Assembly: GCA_965541615.1 (NCBI GenBank) | Contig: CBEUCJ010000005.1 | Coordinates: 46,251-110,250 of the forward strand | Direction of reading: 5' to 3' | Origin: an uncultured bacterium | Lineage (GTDB): Bacteria > Omnitrophota > Gorgyraeia > Duberdicusellales > CBEUCJ01 | DNA length: 64,000 nt | In this document: piece after piece, positions 1-8,221 of the stretch | Layout: the number at the start of each line of letters is the position of its first letter | Position numbering within the stretch: the first letter of the stretch is position 1 | Position numbers and translations under genes: made by a program | Notes under the pieces: model-generated | Databases searched by the model: none | What the model was told of the DNA's origin: nothing | Seen by the model: the letters and a program-made list of their open reading frames with translations, nothing else

Positions 1-350
1 GTAGAATTGTAAAGAATACCTTCTACTTCACCACACCAAACAAGAGGAGTAGCAAGCTGAGCTTCTAATTCTTCTGTATTTGCTGGGTAACAAGGTGCTT
101 CTACATCTTCTTCTCTCCCATATTCATTACAGCTTCCAGGAGTAGTGGATGCTAAACACAAACATGTATAAATAGCACTTTTTGCATAATAAATATTTGC
201 TGCGCTACGCAAAGCACCAATATTTCCCTCATTAACAGCATTGCATGCTTCTTCTCTGAAATTTATAAATTTAGGTATAGCTATAACAGCAATTATTCCT
301 ATTATTACTATTATCATTATTATTTCTATTAAAGCGAAACCTTTATTCAT
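1..350 (-). CDS. Type IV pilin / pseudopilin, N-terminal part (gene continues beyond the window start)
   Basis: Minus-strand translation from the ATG at 350-348 gives MNKG|FALIEIIMMIVIIGIIAVIAIPKF..., the classic prepilin leader plus N-methylation (GF[AT]LIE) hydrophobic helix. No stop before coordinate 1, so it is absent from the ORF track. Confidence 0.7.
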   Translation of the reverse strand, partial: MNKGFALIEIIMIIVIIGIIAVIAIPKFINFREEACNAVNEGNIGALRSAANIYYAKSAIYTCLCLASTTPGSCNEYGREEDVEAPCYPANTEELEAQLATPLVWCGEVEGILYNS

Positions 351-353
351 ATA

Positions 354-908
354 TTATTTATTCAGATTGGGAATGATTTCTCCTTTTTTAGGATCATATT
401 TATAACCCAAAATTTCTCCTTGGGTATATTTGCTTTTTAAGATTAAAAATAAAGGATTTAACTCTTTTGTTGATTTCTGAAGTAAATTAGCTATTTTTTC
501 CCTCGTCTGTTTTTTTATTCTCAATGCTTCTTTTTCAGCTTTTTTCACCTCCATCTTATACTTCTTTTTAGCTTCTCTTATGACTTTTTTACATTTTAAA
601 TAAGCTTTCAAAAATTCCATAAAGCCTTTTTTTCTTGCTCTCCATAATTTAGGTATTTCTTTCTTTACAGTAGAAAGAAAATGGACATATGCTTCATTCT
701 TTCTTTTTCTTAACATTTCCTCTGCCTTTTGGTCTGCCTCATGACGGATTTTCTCTGCTTCAAAATAAATATTATCTCTAATCAACTTACACTGTAAATG
801 AAGCTCATAAAAACTAAAAAGATAAACAAAGTATACTACAGATATAATTAATCCTGAAATAACCAATCCCTTAACTATTTCCTTAATTACATTTACCGAT
901 TGCTTCAT
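354..908 (-). CDS. Hypothetical membrane-anchored Lys-rich coiled-coil protein whose C-terminal tail carries a YxYDPxxGxIIP motif
   Basis: N-terminal TM (LVISGLIISVVYFVYLF) followed by a K/E-rich helical region. C-terminus GYKYDPKKGEIIPNLNK closely matches the first repeat of the neighbouring 1213..1986 protein. It sits immediately upstream of the pilin gene on the same strand. Confidence 0.4.
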   Translation of the reverse strand: MKQSVNVIKEIVKGLVISGLIISVVYFVYLFSFYELHLQCKLIRDNIYFEAEKIRHEADQKAEEMLRKRKNEAYVHFLSTVKKEIPKLWRARKKGFMEFLKAYLKCKKVIREAKKKYKMEVKKAEKEALRIKKQTREKIANLLQKSTKELNPLFLILKSKYTQGEILGYKYDPKKGEIIPNLNK

Positions 909-995
909 AAATTATCTTTTACTATTTTAGCAATTTTTTTAAGAAAGATAAAATAATTTTAAGTTTTTAGGGGGGTAAAATTATTTTTATTGTTT

Positions 996-1211
996 TTATT
1001 TTAAATTCTCTGATAACTTTTCCATCTGCTCAGGTGTAGCGCTTTTTATATACTCAGGATTAGCAAGCTGCATCTGTGCTTCCATAGATTTAGCAATCTC
1101 TTCAACTTCCTTATCCATCTTTGTTGTAACTTTCTTTTCCTCTTTGCAACCAGAGAGAATACCTACCAAAACAAACAAAATTATAATTATTCCTATAATC
1201 CCTCTCACCAT
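996..1211 (-). CDS. Small lipoprotein (probable start at internal Met; the ORF track gives 996..1238)
   Basis: MVRGIIGIIIILFVLVGILSGC has a lipobox (LSGC) and is preceded by AGGAGG. The mature part is about 50 aa and K/E-rich. Confidence 0.4.
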   Translation of the reverse strand: MVRGIIGIIIILFVLVGILSGCKEEKKVTTKMDKEVEEIAKSMEAQMQLANPEYIKSATPEQMEKLSENLK

Positions 1212-1212
1212 C

Positions 1213-1986
1213 TTACCTCCTGAAATATTTACGTTCATAAATTATCTTTCCTTTACCATCCCTTAATACATAATGGTAACCCTTCCACCTTCCATTACGA
1301 TCATAGTAAACGGTATATTCATAAATATATCTTTTCTCACCTGTTTTTCTGTTGTAACTTACACCTTTCCAGTATATAGACTTACGTTTATGGTTATCAT
1401 AATAATCATATTTATAGTTCCAGCTATAAATAGGTTTTTGTGTCTTATTATCAAAATACTGGTAATAACCATGAGAGGGACGACCATCTTCATAATAATT
1501 TCTTGCATAATTAAAATAATAATCAAACGAATAACGCCACTTTCTAAACCTCCATTCACCTTTATAAGTTCCTGAACCTACATAAGACTTTATTCTTCCA
1601 TTAGGATAATAGTAATAATCTACTACATAGGAAGATTTGGCTTTATAACTCCATTGATACTTTGGCCAGCTATAGGAATACTTGTAATTGACATCTCTTC
1701 TTAGAATCTTTCCTTTTTTGTTTATATAACTTTTAATCCGATAACTCCAGTGGGGAGAAGAGTATGTCTTTTCCTCTATTTTTGCCTTCTTTAATTCTTC
1801 CTGACGTAGAGATTGCCGGGGCGAAAGATTCCCGTATCTAGGGATAATTTTACCTGTTCGAGGGTCATAATAATAACCAGTTATTCTATTGTTATCATTA
1901 TTATCTTGAGAAAAGACAAAACCGTTACAAATCAAAAAATATACGCCTATAATCAAAATAAAAGATAATAAAAACCTTTTTCTCAT
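1213..1986 (-). CDS. Secreted Tyr-rich cationic repeat protein with YD-repeat-like motifs
   Basis: The ORF track start at 2007 is a GTG. A better start is the ATG at 1986, preceded by AAAGGAGGG, giving MRKRFLLSFILIIGVYFLICNGFVFSQ, a signal peptide. About 17% Tyr; recurring YYxD/PxxGR/K units (YYYDPRTGKIIPRYG, YYYYPNGRIKSYVG, YYEDGRPSHGYY, YYDRNGRWKGYHY). Confidence 0.5.
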   Translation of the reverse strand: MRKRFLLSFILIIGVYFLICNGFVFSQDNNDNNRITGYYYDPRTGKIIPRYGNLSPRQSLRQEELKKAKIEEKTYSSPHWSYRIKSYINKKGKILRRDVNYKYSYSWPKYQWSYKAKSSYVVDYYYYPNGRIKSYVGSGTYKGEWRFRKWRYSFDYYFNYARNYYEDGRPSHGYYQYFDNKTQKPIYSWNYKYDYYDNHKRKSIYWKGVSYNRKTGEKRYIYEYTVYYDRNGRWKGYHYVLRDGKGKIIYERKYFRR

Positions 1987-2401
1987 TTTTTCCCTCCTTT
2001 TTCCCACTTTATTTTATACCATATCTTTTCTCAAAATTCCAGTTGCATTGTAAATTAAAAAGAAAAGTATTTTGTTGTTTTCTAATCCATTGAAAGATAA
2101 ATTAAGAGCAGTGGGAGTTAGATTTGTGGGTTTATCTTCAAACAATTAAATAAGCTAAATCTTGAGGAGTATCTGCCCATTCTAATTCTTCAGGAGAAAT
2201 CTCTATTCCCCATACATCCTCAATTGCTTCTGATAAAAGAAGAAAGAAATCTTTATGAGAAGTATAAGGAAGTTAGTTTTTCTTAATGGAATATCTATAC
2301 GAGGAGTTACCTTTAATAAATAAACCTTTTGAATCTATTTTGAAGAACTCCTCTTCATCTGTGGCATCTGTGGGAGGAGTTACCGTCTTTGCCCAATCAG
2401 G

Positions 2402-2477
2402 GGTGGGCGAGGGGACTCGAACCCCCAACCACCTGGGCCACAGCCAGGTGCTCTAACCAAATTGAGCTACGCCCACC
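2402..2477 (-). tRNA. tRNA-His (anticodon GTG)
   Basis: Reverse complement GGTGGGCGTAGCTCAATTTGGTTAGAGCACCTGGCTGTGGCCCAGGTGGTTGGGGGTTCGAGTCCCCTCGCCCACC. It has an 8-bp acceptor stem with G-1 (His hallmark), anticodon loop CTGTGGC, T-loop TTCGAGT, and no encoded CCA. Confidence 0.85.
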
Positions 2478-2485
2478 ATAAAAAT

Positions 2486-3586
2486 TTATTGAAAGATCTC
2501 TTCCAAAATATCTTTTAGAATCTTTAATCCTTTTTTAGGAACTTTTGTGGTCCCTTTAACCGTTCCCTCAACAGTCTGTGTAAGAGTATCTGTTATTGTA
2601 TTTACTGCTTTTTCTACAAATCCTTGTGAATAGTGCTTTAGCTTAGCCTCAAATTGTTTTTTTAAAAAAATAAAATTTATCTTAGGATTAGATAACTGAG
2701 TCTCAAACTTAAAATCAAATCTACATTGGTCTTCAGGAGTAATAAAGAATTTTAATATCCTCTTAAATAATCTCACATTAGTATCTGAAGCTCCTCTTTT
2801 GAATTTAAATCTTTTTAAAAATATGCTTCCTTCAATTAACAACTTATCATTTTTGGAATTCAAATCTGATTTTAAATCTAAAAAACAATACCTCAAATCC
2901 TTAAAAAAAGATTTTGAAACTTTAGGAAAATAATCATAAAAGTAAGTTAATTCTATATCTTTAAAGATGAGCCTTGCATCTAAATCTTTTCTTTTGTAAT
3001 TCAAAGAACCAAAAGCTTTAAAATTTCCCTGTGAATCCTTCCAAAGCACAGTTGAATAAACATTGAATTCTAAAGGAGTATCTAACTCTGGCAAACTTAA
3101 ATTTCTTATCCTTAAATTTAAATCTTTAAGTTTAATTATGATTGGTGGTTTTAATTTAAAATATGTATAAGTTAAGTTTGCTTTTTTTAAATCTAAATTT
3201 TGAATAATAATTTTAAAGACTCTTCTTTTTTTTCTTAAAATTTTTCTTGTAGATTTTCTTTGGATTTTCAAGTTACTTTTAAAATTAAAGGTAGCTTCTT
3301 CTAAACTTAAACTAAAAACTATTTTTCTAAACAATAATTTTAAAAGATCTAAATCTAAGTCTGCTTTTTTTATTTTCACAGTTTCAGATTTTATATTCTT
3401 TAATAAAAAAATACCAGGAAATTTGTATTCTGCTTTCTCTATTCTGACTTTTTCCTTTAAAAGCCTTGATAATTGTGTTTCAAAAAGTCTTTTTGATTGA
3501 GTCTTTAAATAAATATAGATTCCTAAAACTGCTAATAAGAAAAGGATGAGAAAAAAGATTAATAAATTTATGAATAATCTTCTCAT
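2486..3586 (-). CDS. Hypothetical basic (Lys-rich) membrane-anchored protein encoded between tRNA-Arg and tRNA-His
   Basis: 366-aa ORF with an N-terminal TM (LLIFFLILFLLAVLGIYIYL). The rest is Lys/Leu-rich with LxxLxL-type segments; no recognisable catalytic motif. Start is 12 nt downstream of the tRNA-Arg 3' end and the stop is 8 nt upstream of the tRNA-His 5' end. Confidence 0.45.
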   Translation of the reverse strand: MRRLFINLLIFFLILFLLAVLGIYIYLKTQSKRLFETQLSRLLKEKVRIEKAEYKFPGIFLLKNIKSETVKIKKADLDLDLLKLLFRKIVFSLSLEEATFNFKSNLKIQRKSTRKILRKKRRVFKIIIQNLDLKKANLTYTYFKLKPPIIIKLKDLNLRIRNLSLPELDTPLEFNVYSTVLWKDSQGNFKAFGSLNYKRKDLDARLIFKDIELTYFYDYFPKVSKSFFKDLRYCFLDLKSDLNSKNDKLLIEGSIFLKRFKFKRGASDTNVRLFKRILKFFITPEDQCRFDFKFETQLSNPKINFIFLKKQFEAKLKHYSQGFVEKAVNTITDTLTQTVEGTVKGTTKVPKKGLKILKDILEEIFQ

Positions 3587-3597
3587 AAAAAAATAAA

Positions 3598-3670
3598 CGC
3601 GCCCGGCAGGACTCGAACCCGCAACCCGCTGCTTAGAAGGCAGCTGCTCTTCCTATTGAGCTACGGGCGC
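3598..3670 (-). tRNA. tRNA-Arg (anticodon TCT)
   Basis: Reverse complement GCGCCCGTAGCTCAATAGGAAGAGCAGCTGCCTTCTAAGCAGCGGGTTGCGGGTTCGAGTCCTGCCGGGCGC(G). Cloverleaf has a 7-bp acceptor stem, anticodon loop CTTCTAA and T-loop TTCGAGT. Confidence 0.85.
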
Positions 3671-3722
3671 AAAATAGGGATTTAATAAATTATACTTTCT
3701 CTTGAAATATTTTTCAAATTTT

Positions 3723-3798
3723 TCGGGGCGAGGGGATTTGAACCCCTGACCTCTTGGTCCCAAACCAAGCGCTCTGATCCAAGCTGAGCTACGCCCCG
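3723..3798 (-). tRNA. tRNA-Pro (anticodon TGG)
   Basis: Reverse complement CGGGGCGTAGCTCAGCTTGGATCAGAGCGCTTGGTTTGGGACCAAGAGGTCAGGGGTTCAAATCCCCTCGCCCCG(A). Anticodon loop TTTGGGA, T-loop TTCAAAT. Confidence 0.85.
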
Positions 3799-3831
3799 AT
3801 ACAAAAGTTTTCTCTAAAATTCAAAAAGATT

Positions 3832-4434
3832 TTATCTATTATTTAGAAATTTAGCAAGATATTTCTTTAAAGCTAAAAATGCCTTTGCCCTGTGACTTAT
3901 CTTATTCTTTTCTTTTAAAGGGATTTGGGCTACAGTCTTTTTGTATCTTGGTAAATAAAAAATTGGATCATACCCAAACCCCTTTTTGCCCATCATTTTT
4001 TCACTAATAAACCCTTTCAATTGACCTTCAAATTTTTTTATTAATTTTTGATCTTTAACTAAAACTACCACACATTTAAATACAGCTTTCCTTTTCTTTC
4101 TTTCTACTCCTTCTAATTCTTTTAACAACTTCGAATTGTTTTCATAGTAGCTTGCATTTTCTCCTGCATATCTCTTAGAAAAGACTCCAGGTTTATTCCC
4201 TAAAAATTCTACTTCTAATCCTGAATCATCTGCTACTACTAAATCTTTTTTAAATATTTTTGAGACAGCTACAGCTTTCTTTAAAGCGTTCTCAAAAAAG
4301 GTATTACCATCTTCTTTAATCTTTATATTTGTGTTTAAATCGTTTAATGATAGAATCTGTAATCTTAAACCTTTAAGTATATCTTTGATCTCTTTGAACT
4401 TATCTTTGTTTTTGGTAGCTACTATTAATCTCAT
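3832..4434 (-). CDS. rdgB: Non-canonical purine NTP pyrophosphatase (dITP/XTP pyrophosphatase, Ham1/RdgB family)
   Basis: [21 protein letters not shown]-terminus, and ...GFGYDPIF...SHRAKAF C-terminal motifs typical of RdgB/Ham1. It overlaps rph by 4 nt. Confidence 0.8.
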   Translation of the reverse strand: MRLIVATKNKDKFKEIKDILKGLRLQILSLNDLNTNIKIKEDGNTFFENALKKAVAVSKIFKKDLVVADDSGLEVEFLGNKPGVFSKRYAGENASYYENNSKLLKELEGVERKKRKAVFKCVVVLVKDQKLIKKFEGQLKGFISEKMMGKKGFGYDPIFYLPRYKKTVAQIPLKEKNKISHRAKAFLALKKYLAKFLNNR

Positions 4435-5159
4435 AAACTTTGAATTATCCCTATATCCTTAAAAATCTCTCTTTCTAAACTAATTATTTCTTGTATACCT
4501 TTCTCAGCTAACTTTAACAACTCTTCTAAATCTTTTTTTGAAAAAGATTTCTTTTCTGCTGTTCCTTGAATCTCTACAAATTCTCCATTAGATTTCATTA
4601 CAATGTTCATATCCACTTCTGCTTCTGAATCTTCTTGAAAAGTTAAATCTAAAATATAATTTTGTTTCCATATACCTACACTTACAGCTCCTAAGAGACT
4701 CACCAAAGGAAACTCACTTATTATTCTACTCTTATAAAGCTTATGTAAGGCTTCAACAAGAGCAACAAAACCTCCTACTATAGAAGTAGTACGTGTTCCA
4801 CCATCAGCTTGAACTACATCACAATCTATCCAGATAGTCACCTCTCCTAATTTTTTCAAATCTACTGCGCTCCTTAAAGACCTTCCAATGAGTCTTTGTA
4901 TCTCTATACTCCTTCCAGAGATTTTATCTCTTAAATTGCGTGTTTGTGTAGCTCTAGGGAGCATACCGTATTCTGCTGTAATCCAACCAGAACCTGTGCC
5001 TTTCAGAAAAGGAGGTACATTTTTGTCTAAAGTAGCTGTACAAATAACCCGAGTATTACCTGCTTCAATTAAACAAGAACCTTCTGCATATTTTATGAAT
5101 CCGGGTTTAATGTTAATTTTTCTTAATTCATCAAATTCTCTACCATCAGGTCTTTTCAT
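4431..5159 (-). CDS. rph: Ribonuclease PH
   Basis: [42 protein letters not shown] matches the RNase PH N-terminal signature; 242 aa. Confidence 0.85.
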   Translation of the reverse strand: MKRPDGREFDELRKINIKPGFIKYAEGSCLIEAGNTRVICTATLDKNVPPFLKGTGSGWITAEYGMLPRATQTRNLRDKISGRSIEIQRLIGRSLRSAVDLKKLGEVTIWIDCDVVQADGGTRTTSIVGGFVALVEALHKLYKSRIISEFPLVSLLGAVSVGIWKQNYILDLTFQEDSEAEVDMNIVMKSNGEFVEIQGTAEKKSFSKKDLEELLKLAEKGIQEIISLEREIFKDIGIIQSL

Positions 5160-5162
5160 ATT

Positions 5163-5690
5163 TCAGACTCCTTTCTTTTTAAAAATATCTCTACCCTGAG
5201 CATCTATTCCTACAATTAATGGAAAATCTTTTACTTCAAATTCGTATATTGCTTCAGGTCCTAACTCTTTAAAAGCTATTAATCTAAAACGCAAAATTCT
5301 TTTTCTTAAATAAGCTCCACATCCTGCATAAGTTAAAAAGTAAACACTTTTATATTTTCTAAAAAGTTCTCTTGCTTTATCAGATCTTTTTCCCTTTCCA
5401 ATCACTGCTATTAATCCTTTCTTTAAAAGTTCTTCTAAAAATGGATCCATTCTTTGAGAAGTAGTGGGTCCTGCTGACATAAGTTCATTATCTTTAATGT
5501 TAGGTCCACAATAATAAATTATCTTGTTGTTCAAATCAAGAGGGAGTTTTTTGCCTTTTTTTATTAACTCTACTAATCTTTTGTGAGCTCTATCTCTGGC
5601 AGTATAAATTAGACCTGTCAGAAAGACTTCTGTGCCTACTTTTAATTTAGCTAAGTCTTGTTTTTTTAAAGGAGTTTTTAATCTAACCAT
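5163..5690 (-). CDS. Class I fumarate hydratase / tartrate dehydratase, beta subunit (Fe-S hydro-lyase C-terminal domain)
   Basis: 175 aa with ...TGLIYTARDRAHKRL..., typical of the FumB/TtdB beta subunits. It lies directly downstream of the alpha subunit. Confidence 0.65.
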   Translation of the reverse strand: MVRLKTPLKKQDLAKLKVGTEVFLTGLIYTARDRAHKRLVELIKKGKKLPLDLNNKIIYYCGPNIKDNELMSAGPTTSQRMDPFLEELLKKGLIAVIGKGKRSDKARELFRKYKSVYFLTYAGCGAYLRKRILRFRLIAFKELGPEAIYEFEVKDFPLIVGIDAQGRDIFKKKGV

Positions 5691-5697
5691 TTGTTAT

Positions 5698-6519
5698 TCA
5701 AAACTTTATTACTTTACTTTTACTCCTCAAAGCATGACAGCTAATATTTATCCCTACAGGTAGACCTGCAATGTGGGTAGGTTTTGTTTTTATCCTTACT
5801 TTTAAGCAAGTAAGACCTCCCAATCCCATAGGACCGATATTTAAAGAATTAATTTTTTTTAATAATCTTTTTTCCCATTTATCTAAAAAAGGAGTAGGAT
5901 TTGGAGTATCTAATCTTTCTAATAAAGCTTTTTTTGCTAATAATAAGGCAGTGTCCGCTGTCCCTCCTATTCCTATTCCTACCACAAAAGGAGGACAACT
6001 ATCTGGTCCTGCATTCTTAACAGCTTCTAAGATGAAATCTTCAATTTCTTCAAAACTAGCTGTAGGATTAAACATTCTTAATTGAGATTTATTCTCTGAA
6101 CCGAATCCTTTAACGAATACAGTAATTTTTAATCCTTTTCTATTGACAAACTCTATATTAAAGAATTCAGAATTATAAGAAATTTTTTTAGTTAAAATAT
6201 CTATTACTGAAGCTCTAAAACCTGCTTCTTTATAGGCTTCAACGATCCCTTCATTTATTTCTTCTATAATTTTTTTATTTATTTTTATATCTCTACCTAC
6301 TTCTAAAAATACCAAAGGTAAACCTGTATCTTGACAGATAGCTAATCTCTCTTTTTTTGCAATCTGAGCATTCTCTAAGATGATTTTTAATATCTTTTTA
6401 GCTCTCTTATTCTTTTCTTTACGAAAACCTTCTCTTAAGAGTTTTAAGAAATCTTTTCTTAGTTCTGTATTTGCTTTTATCGCTAACTCTTTTGCAATCT
6501 TTTTGAAATCTACCTGCAT
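5698..6519 (-). CDS. Class I fumarate hydratase / tartrate dehydratase, alpha subunit
   Basis: CQDTGLP motif and a Gly-rich GIGIGGTAD segment of the Fe-S hydro-lyase alpha subunits; 273 aa. Confidence 0.65.
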   Translation of the reverse strand: MQVDFKKIAKELAIKANTELRKDFLKLLREGFRKEKNKRAKKILKIILENAQIAKKERLAICQDTGLPLVFLEVGRDIKINKKIIEEINEGIVEAYKEAGFRASVIDILTKKISYNSEFFNIEFVNRKGLKITVFVKGFGSENKSQLRMFNPTASFEEIEDFILEAVKNAGPDSCPPFVVGIGIGGTADTALLLAKKALLERLDTPNPTPFLDKWEKRLLKKINSLNIGPMGLGGLTCLKVRIKTKPTHIAGLPVGINISCHALRSKSKVIKF

Positions 6520-7184
6520 TTTAGAAATCTATGTACTTGAGGAATTATTCTGACTTCTTTTAAGAATCTCTTTGCTATTTTATAAAAATTTAAAATTTTT
6601 TCTATCAAAATCTTGTCTATTTCAAAAGAATTAGGTTGGAGAATAAAGGGGATTTCTTTATCTATCTCTCTTATTAACTTTACAGCTTTTTCTAAATCTT
6701 CTTGTATAGTAGATTTACATATTACAGATTTAATAAATAGCTCTTTTTTAAAAGCTATTTTCAAAAAATCTTTGTGTTCAGACCATAAATCTTTTAATTG
6801 TGCAGAACTCGGCAGTTTTATATCAGCTGATATCACATCTACAAATTCAATTATCTTTTCAAGTTCTTTAGATAAGGTGGCATTTGTCTCTAAATAAATT
6901 TTAAATCCTTCTTTTTTTAAAGAAGGCAAAAACTCTTTTAAAAAATCTGAATGTAATAAAGGCTCTCCTCCTGTAAGAGATAAGAAATTTGTATCTCTAT
7001 TCAAAGGAAGAATTTTTTTAAATAAATCTTCTGGTCTATATTCACTAAATGAATTAAGTTTTGTATCACAAAACTTACAATTTAAATTGCACCCATAAAA
7101 TCTTATAAATATTTGCAAACTTCCTACATACAGACCTTCACCTTGAATAGATTTAAAAATCTCTGAAACCTTAGCTTTTTGCAT
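6510..7184 (-). CDS. queE: 7-carboxy-7-deazaguanine synthase (radical SAM)
   Basis: IFKSIQGEGLYVGSLQIFIRFYGCNLNCKFCDTK matches the QueE signature with its CxxxCxxC cluster. Confidence 0.75.
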   Translation of the reverse strand: MQKAKVSEIFKSIQGEGLYVGSLQIFIRFYGCNLNCKFCDTKLNSFSEYRPEDLFKKILPLNRDTNFLSLTGGEPLLHSDFLKEFLPSLKKEGFKIYLETNATLSKELEKIIEFVDVISADIKLPSSAQLKDLWSEHKDFLKIAFKKELFIKSVICKSTIQEDLEKAVKLIREIDKEIPFILQPNSFEIDKILIEKILNFYKIAKRFLKEVRIIPQVHRFLKCR

Positions 7185-7899
7185 ACTTTATGGGATCTTT
7201 GAGACCAGCTTCTTTAAATCCTTTCAATCTGAGTTTGCAAGCATCGCATTCACCACAAGCAAATCTTTTGCCTTCATAACAAGACCAAGTCAACTCTAAA
7301 GGAGCTTTCAATTCTATTCCTTTTTTAATGATCTCAGCTTTTGTAAGATTTATTAAAGGAGTTCTTATTTTAATAGGATGGCCTTCTACTCCCTTTTTTG
7401 TACCTACTTTTATCAACTCTTCAAAGACTTTAAAATATTGAGGTCTGCAATCTGGATACCCACTAAAATCTATACAATTTGCACCTATGAATATGCTTTC
7501 AGCTGAGATCTTTTCAGCCAAACTCAAAGCAAAGCTTAAAAAAATTGTGTTTCTGGCAGGTACATATGTTGGAGGGATTTTTTTGGTTATTTCTTTTAAA
7601 CTCCTTTTCTTTGGAACTTTTATAGAATCAGATGTCAAAGCAGAACCTCCTATTTTTCTTAAATCTATTTTCAAAATTAAGTGTTCTTTAATCTTAAAAA
7701 ATTTAGCTATTTTTTTGGCATGCTCTATTTCTTTTCTGTGCCTCTGCCCATAATCAAAAGTTAGAGCCCAAATTCTGTAACCTTCTTTTTTAGCGATAGC
7801 ACAACTCACACAAGAATCTATTCCTCCTGATAATAAAACCACACACTTTTTATTTTTTCTATTCTTCACCATAAGAGGCTGAACTAAAAGGTGTTTCAA
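7171..7899 (-). CDS. queC: 7-cyano-7-deazaguanine synthase
   Basis: VVLLSGGIDSCV PP-loop plus C-terminal Zn-binding CGECDACKLR. Confidence 0.8.
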   Translation of the reverse strand: MKHLLVQPLMVKNRKNKKCVVLLSGGIDSCVSCAIAKKEGYRIWALTFDYGQRHRKEIEHAKKIAKFFKIKEHLILKIDLRKIGGSALTSDSIKVPKKRSLKEITKKIPPTYVPARNTIFLSFALSLAEKISAESIFIGANCIDFSGYPDCRPQYFKVFEELIKVGTKKGVEGHPIKIRTPLINLTKAEIIKKGIELKAPLELTWSCYEGKRFACGECDACKLRLKGFKEAGLKDPIKYAKS

Positions 7900-8221
7900 A
7901 AACTGTGATTCTTATTTTAAAATCTTTTAATCTTTCTTTTAATTTCTTATAAATAACATAACAAATATTTTCTGAAGTTGGATTTAAATCTTTAAACTCT
8001 TCTAATTCATTTAATAATCTGTGATCAAATTTAGCTAAAATCTCTTTTAGTATCCTTTTTAATTCTAAAAAATCTATAACCATACCTTCTGAATTTAGCT
8101 TTTCAGAAGAGACTTCTGCTATTACTTTCCAATTATGACCGTGTAAATTTTCACATTTTCCTTTATAATTTTTTAAAAAATGAGCCCCACTAAAAAACTC
8201 TGTTACTCTTATTTTATACAT
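7859..8221 (-). CDS. queD: 6-carboxy-5,6,7,8-tetrahydropterin synthase
   Basis: CENLHGHNWKV motif; 120 aa. Confidence 0.8.
   Translation of the reverse strand: MYKIRVTEFFSGAHFLKNYKGKCENLHGHNWKVIAEVSSEKLNSEGMVIDFLELKRILKEILAKFDHRLLNELEEFKDLNPTSENICYVIYKKLKERLKDFKIRITVFETPFSSASYGEE

Noticed and set aside
1273-1575. Plus-strand 100-aa Ile-rich ORF and minus-strand 66-aa ORF (1359..1559) inside the Tyr-rich protein gene
   Set aside because: These are reading-frame shadows. TAT/TAC (Tyr) codons read on the other strand or frame give ATA (Ile), producing low-complexity poly-Ile 'proteins'. Both are entirely contained in the much better 1213..1986 CDS.
1987-2007. ORF-track start of the Tyr-rich protein at 2007 (MGKRREK...)
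   Set aside because: Position 2005-2007 is a GTG with no SD. The ATG at 1986 is preceded by AAAGGAGGG at proper spacing and yields a clean signal peptide, so the shorter CDS is preferred.
2349-2383. 8-bp inverted repeat (AACTCCTC ... GAGGAGTT) downstream of tRNA-His considered as an intrinsic terminator
   Set aside because: The loop is ~20 nt and there is no following U-tract on the transcribed (minus) strand, so it is not a convincing rho-independent terminator. It is kept only as part of the possible integration-scar observation.
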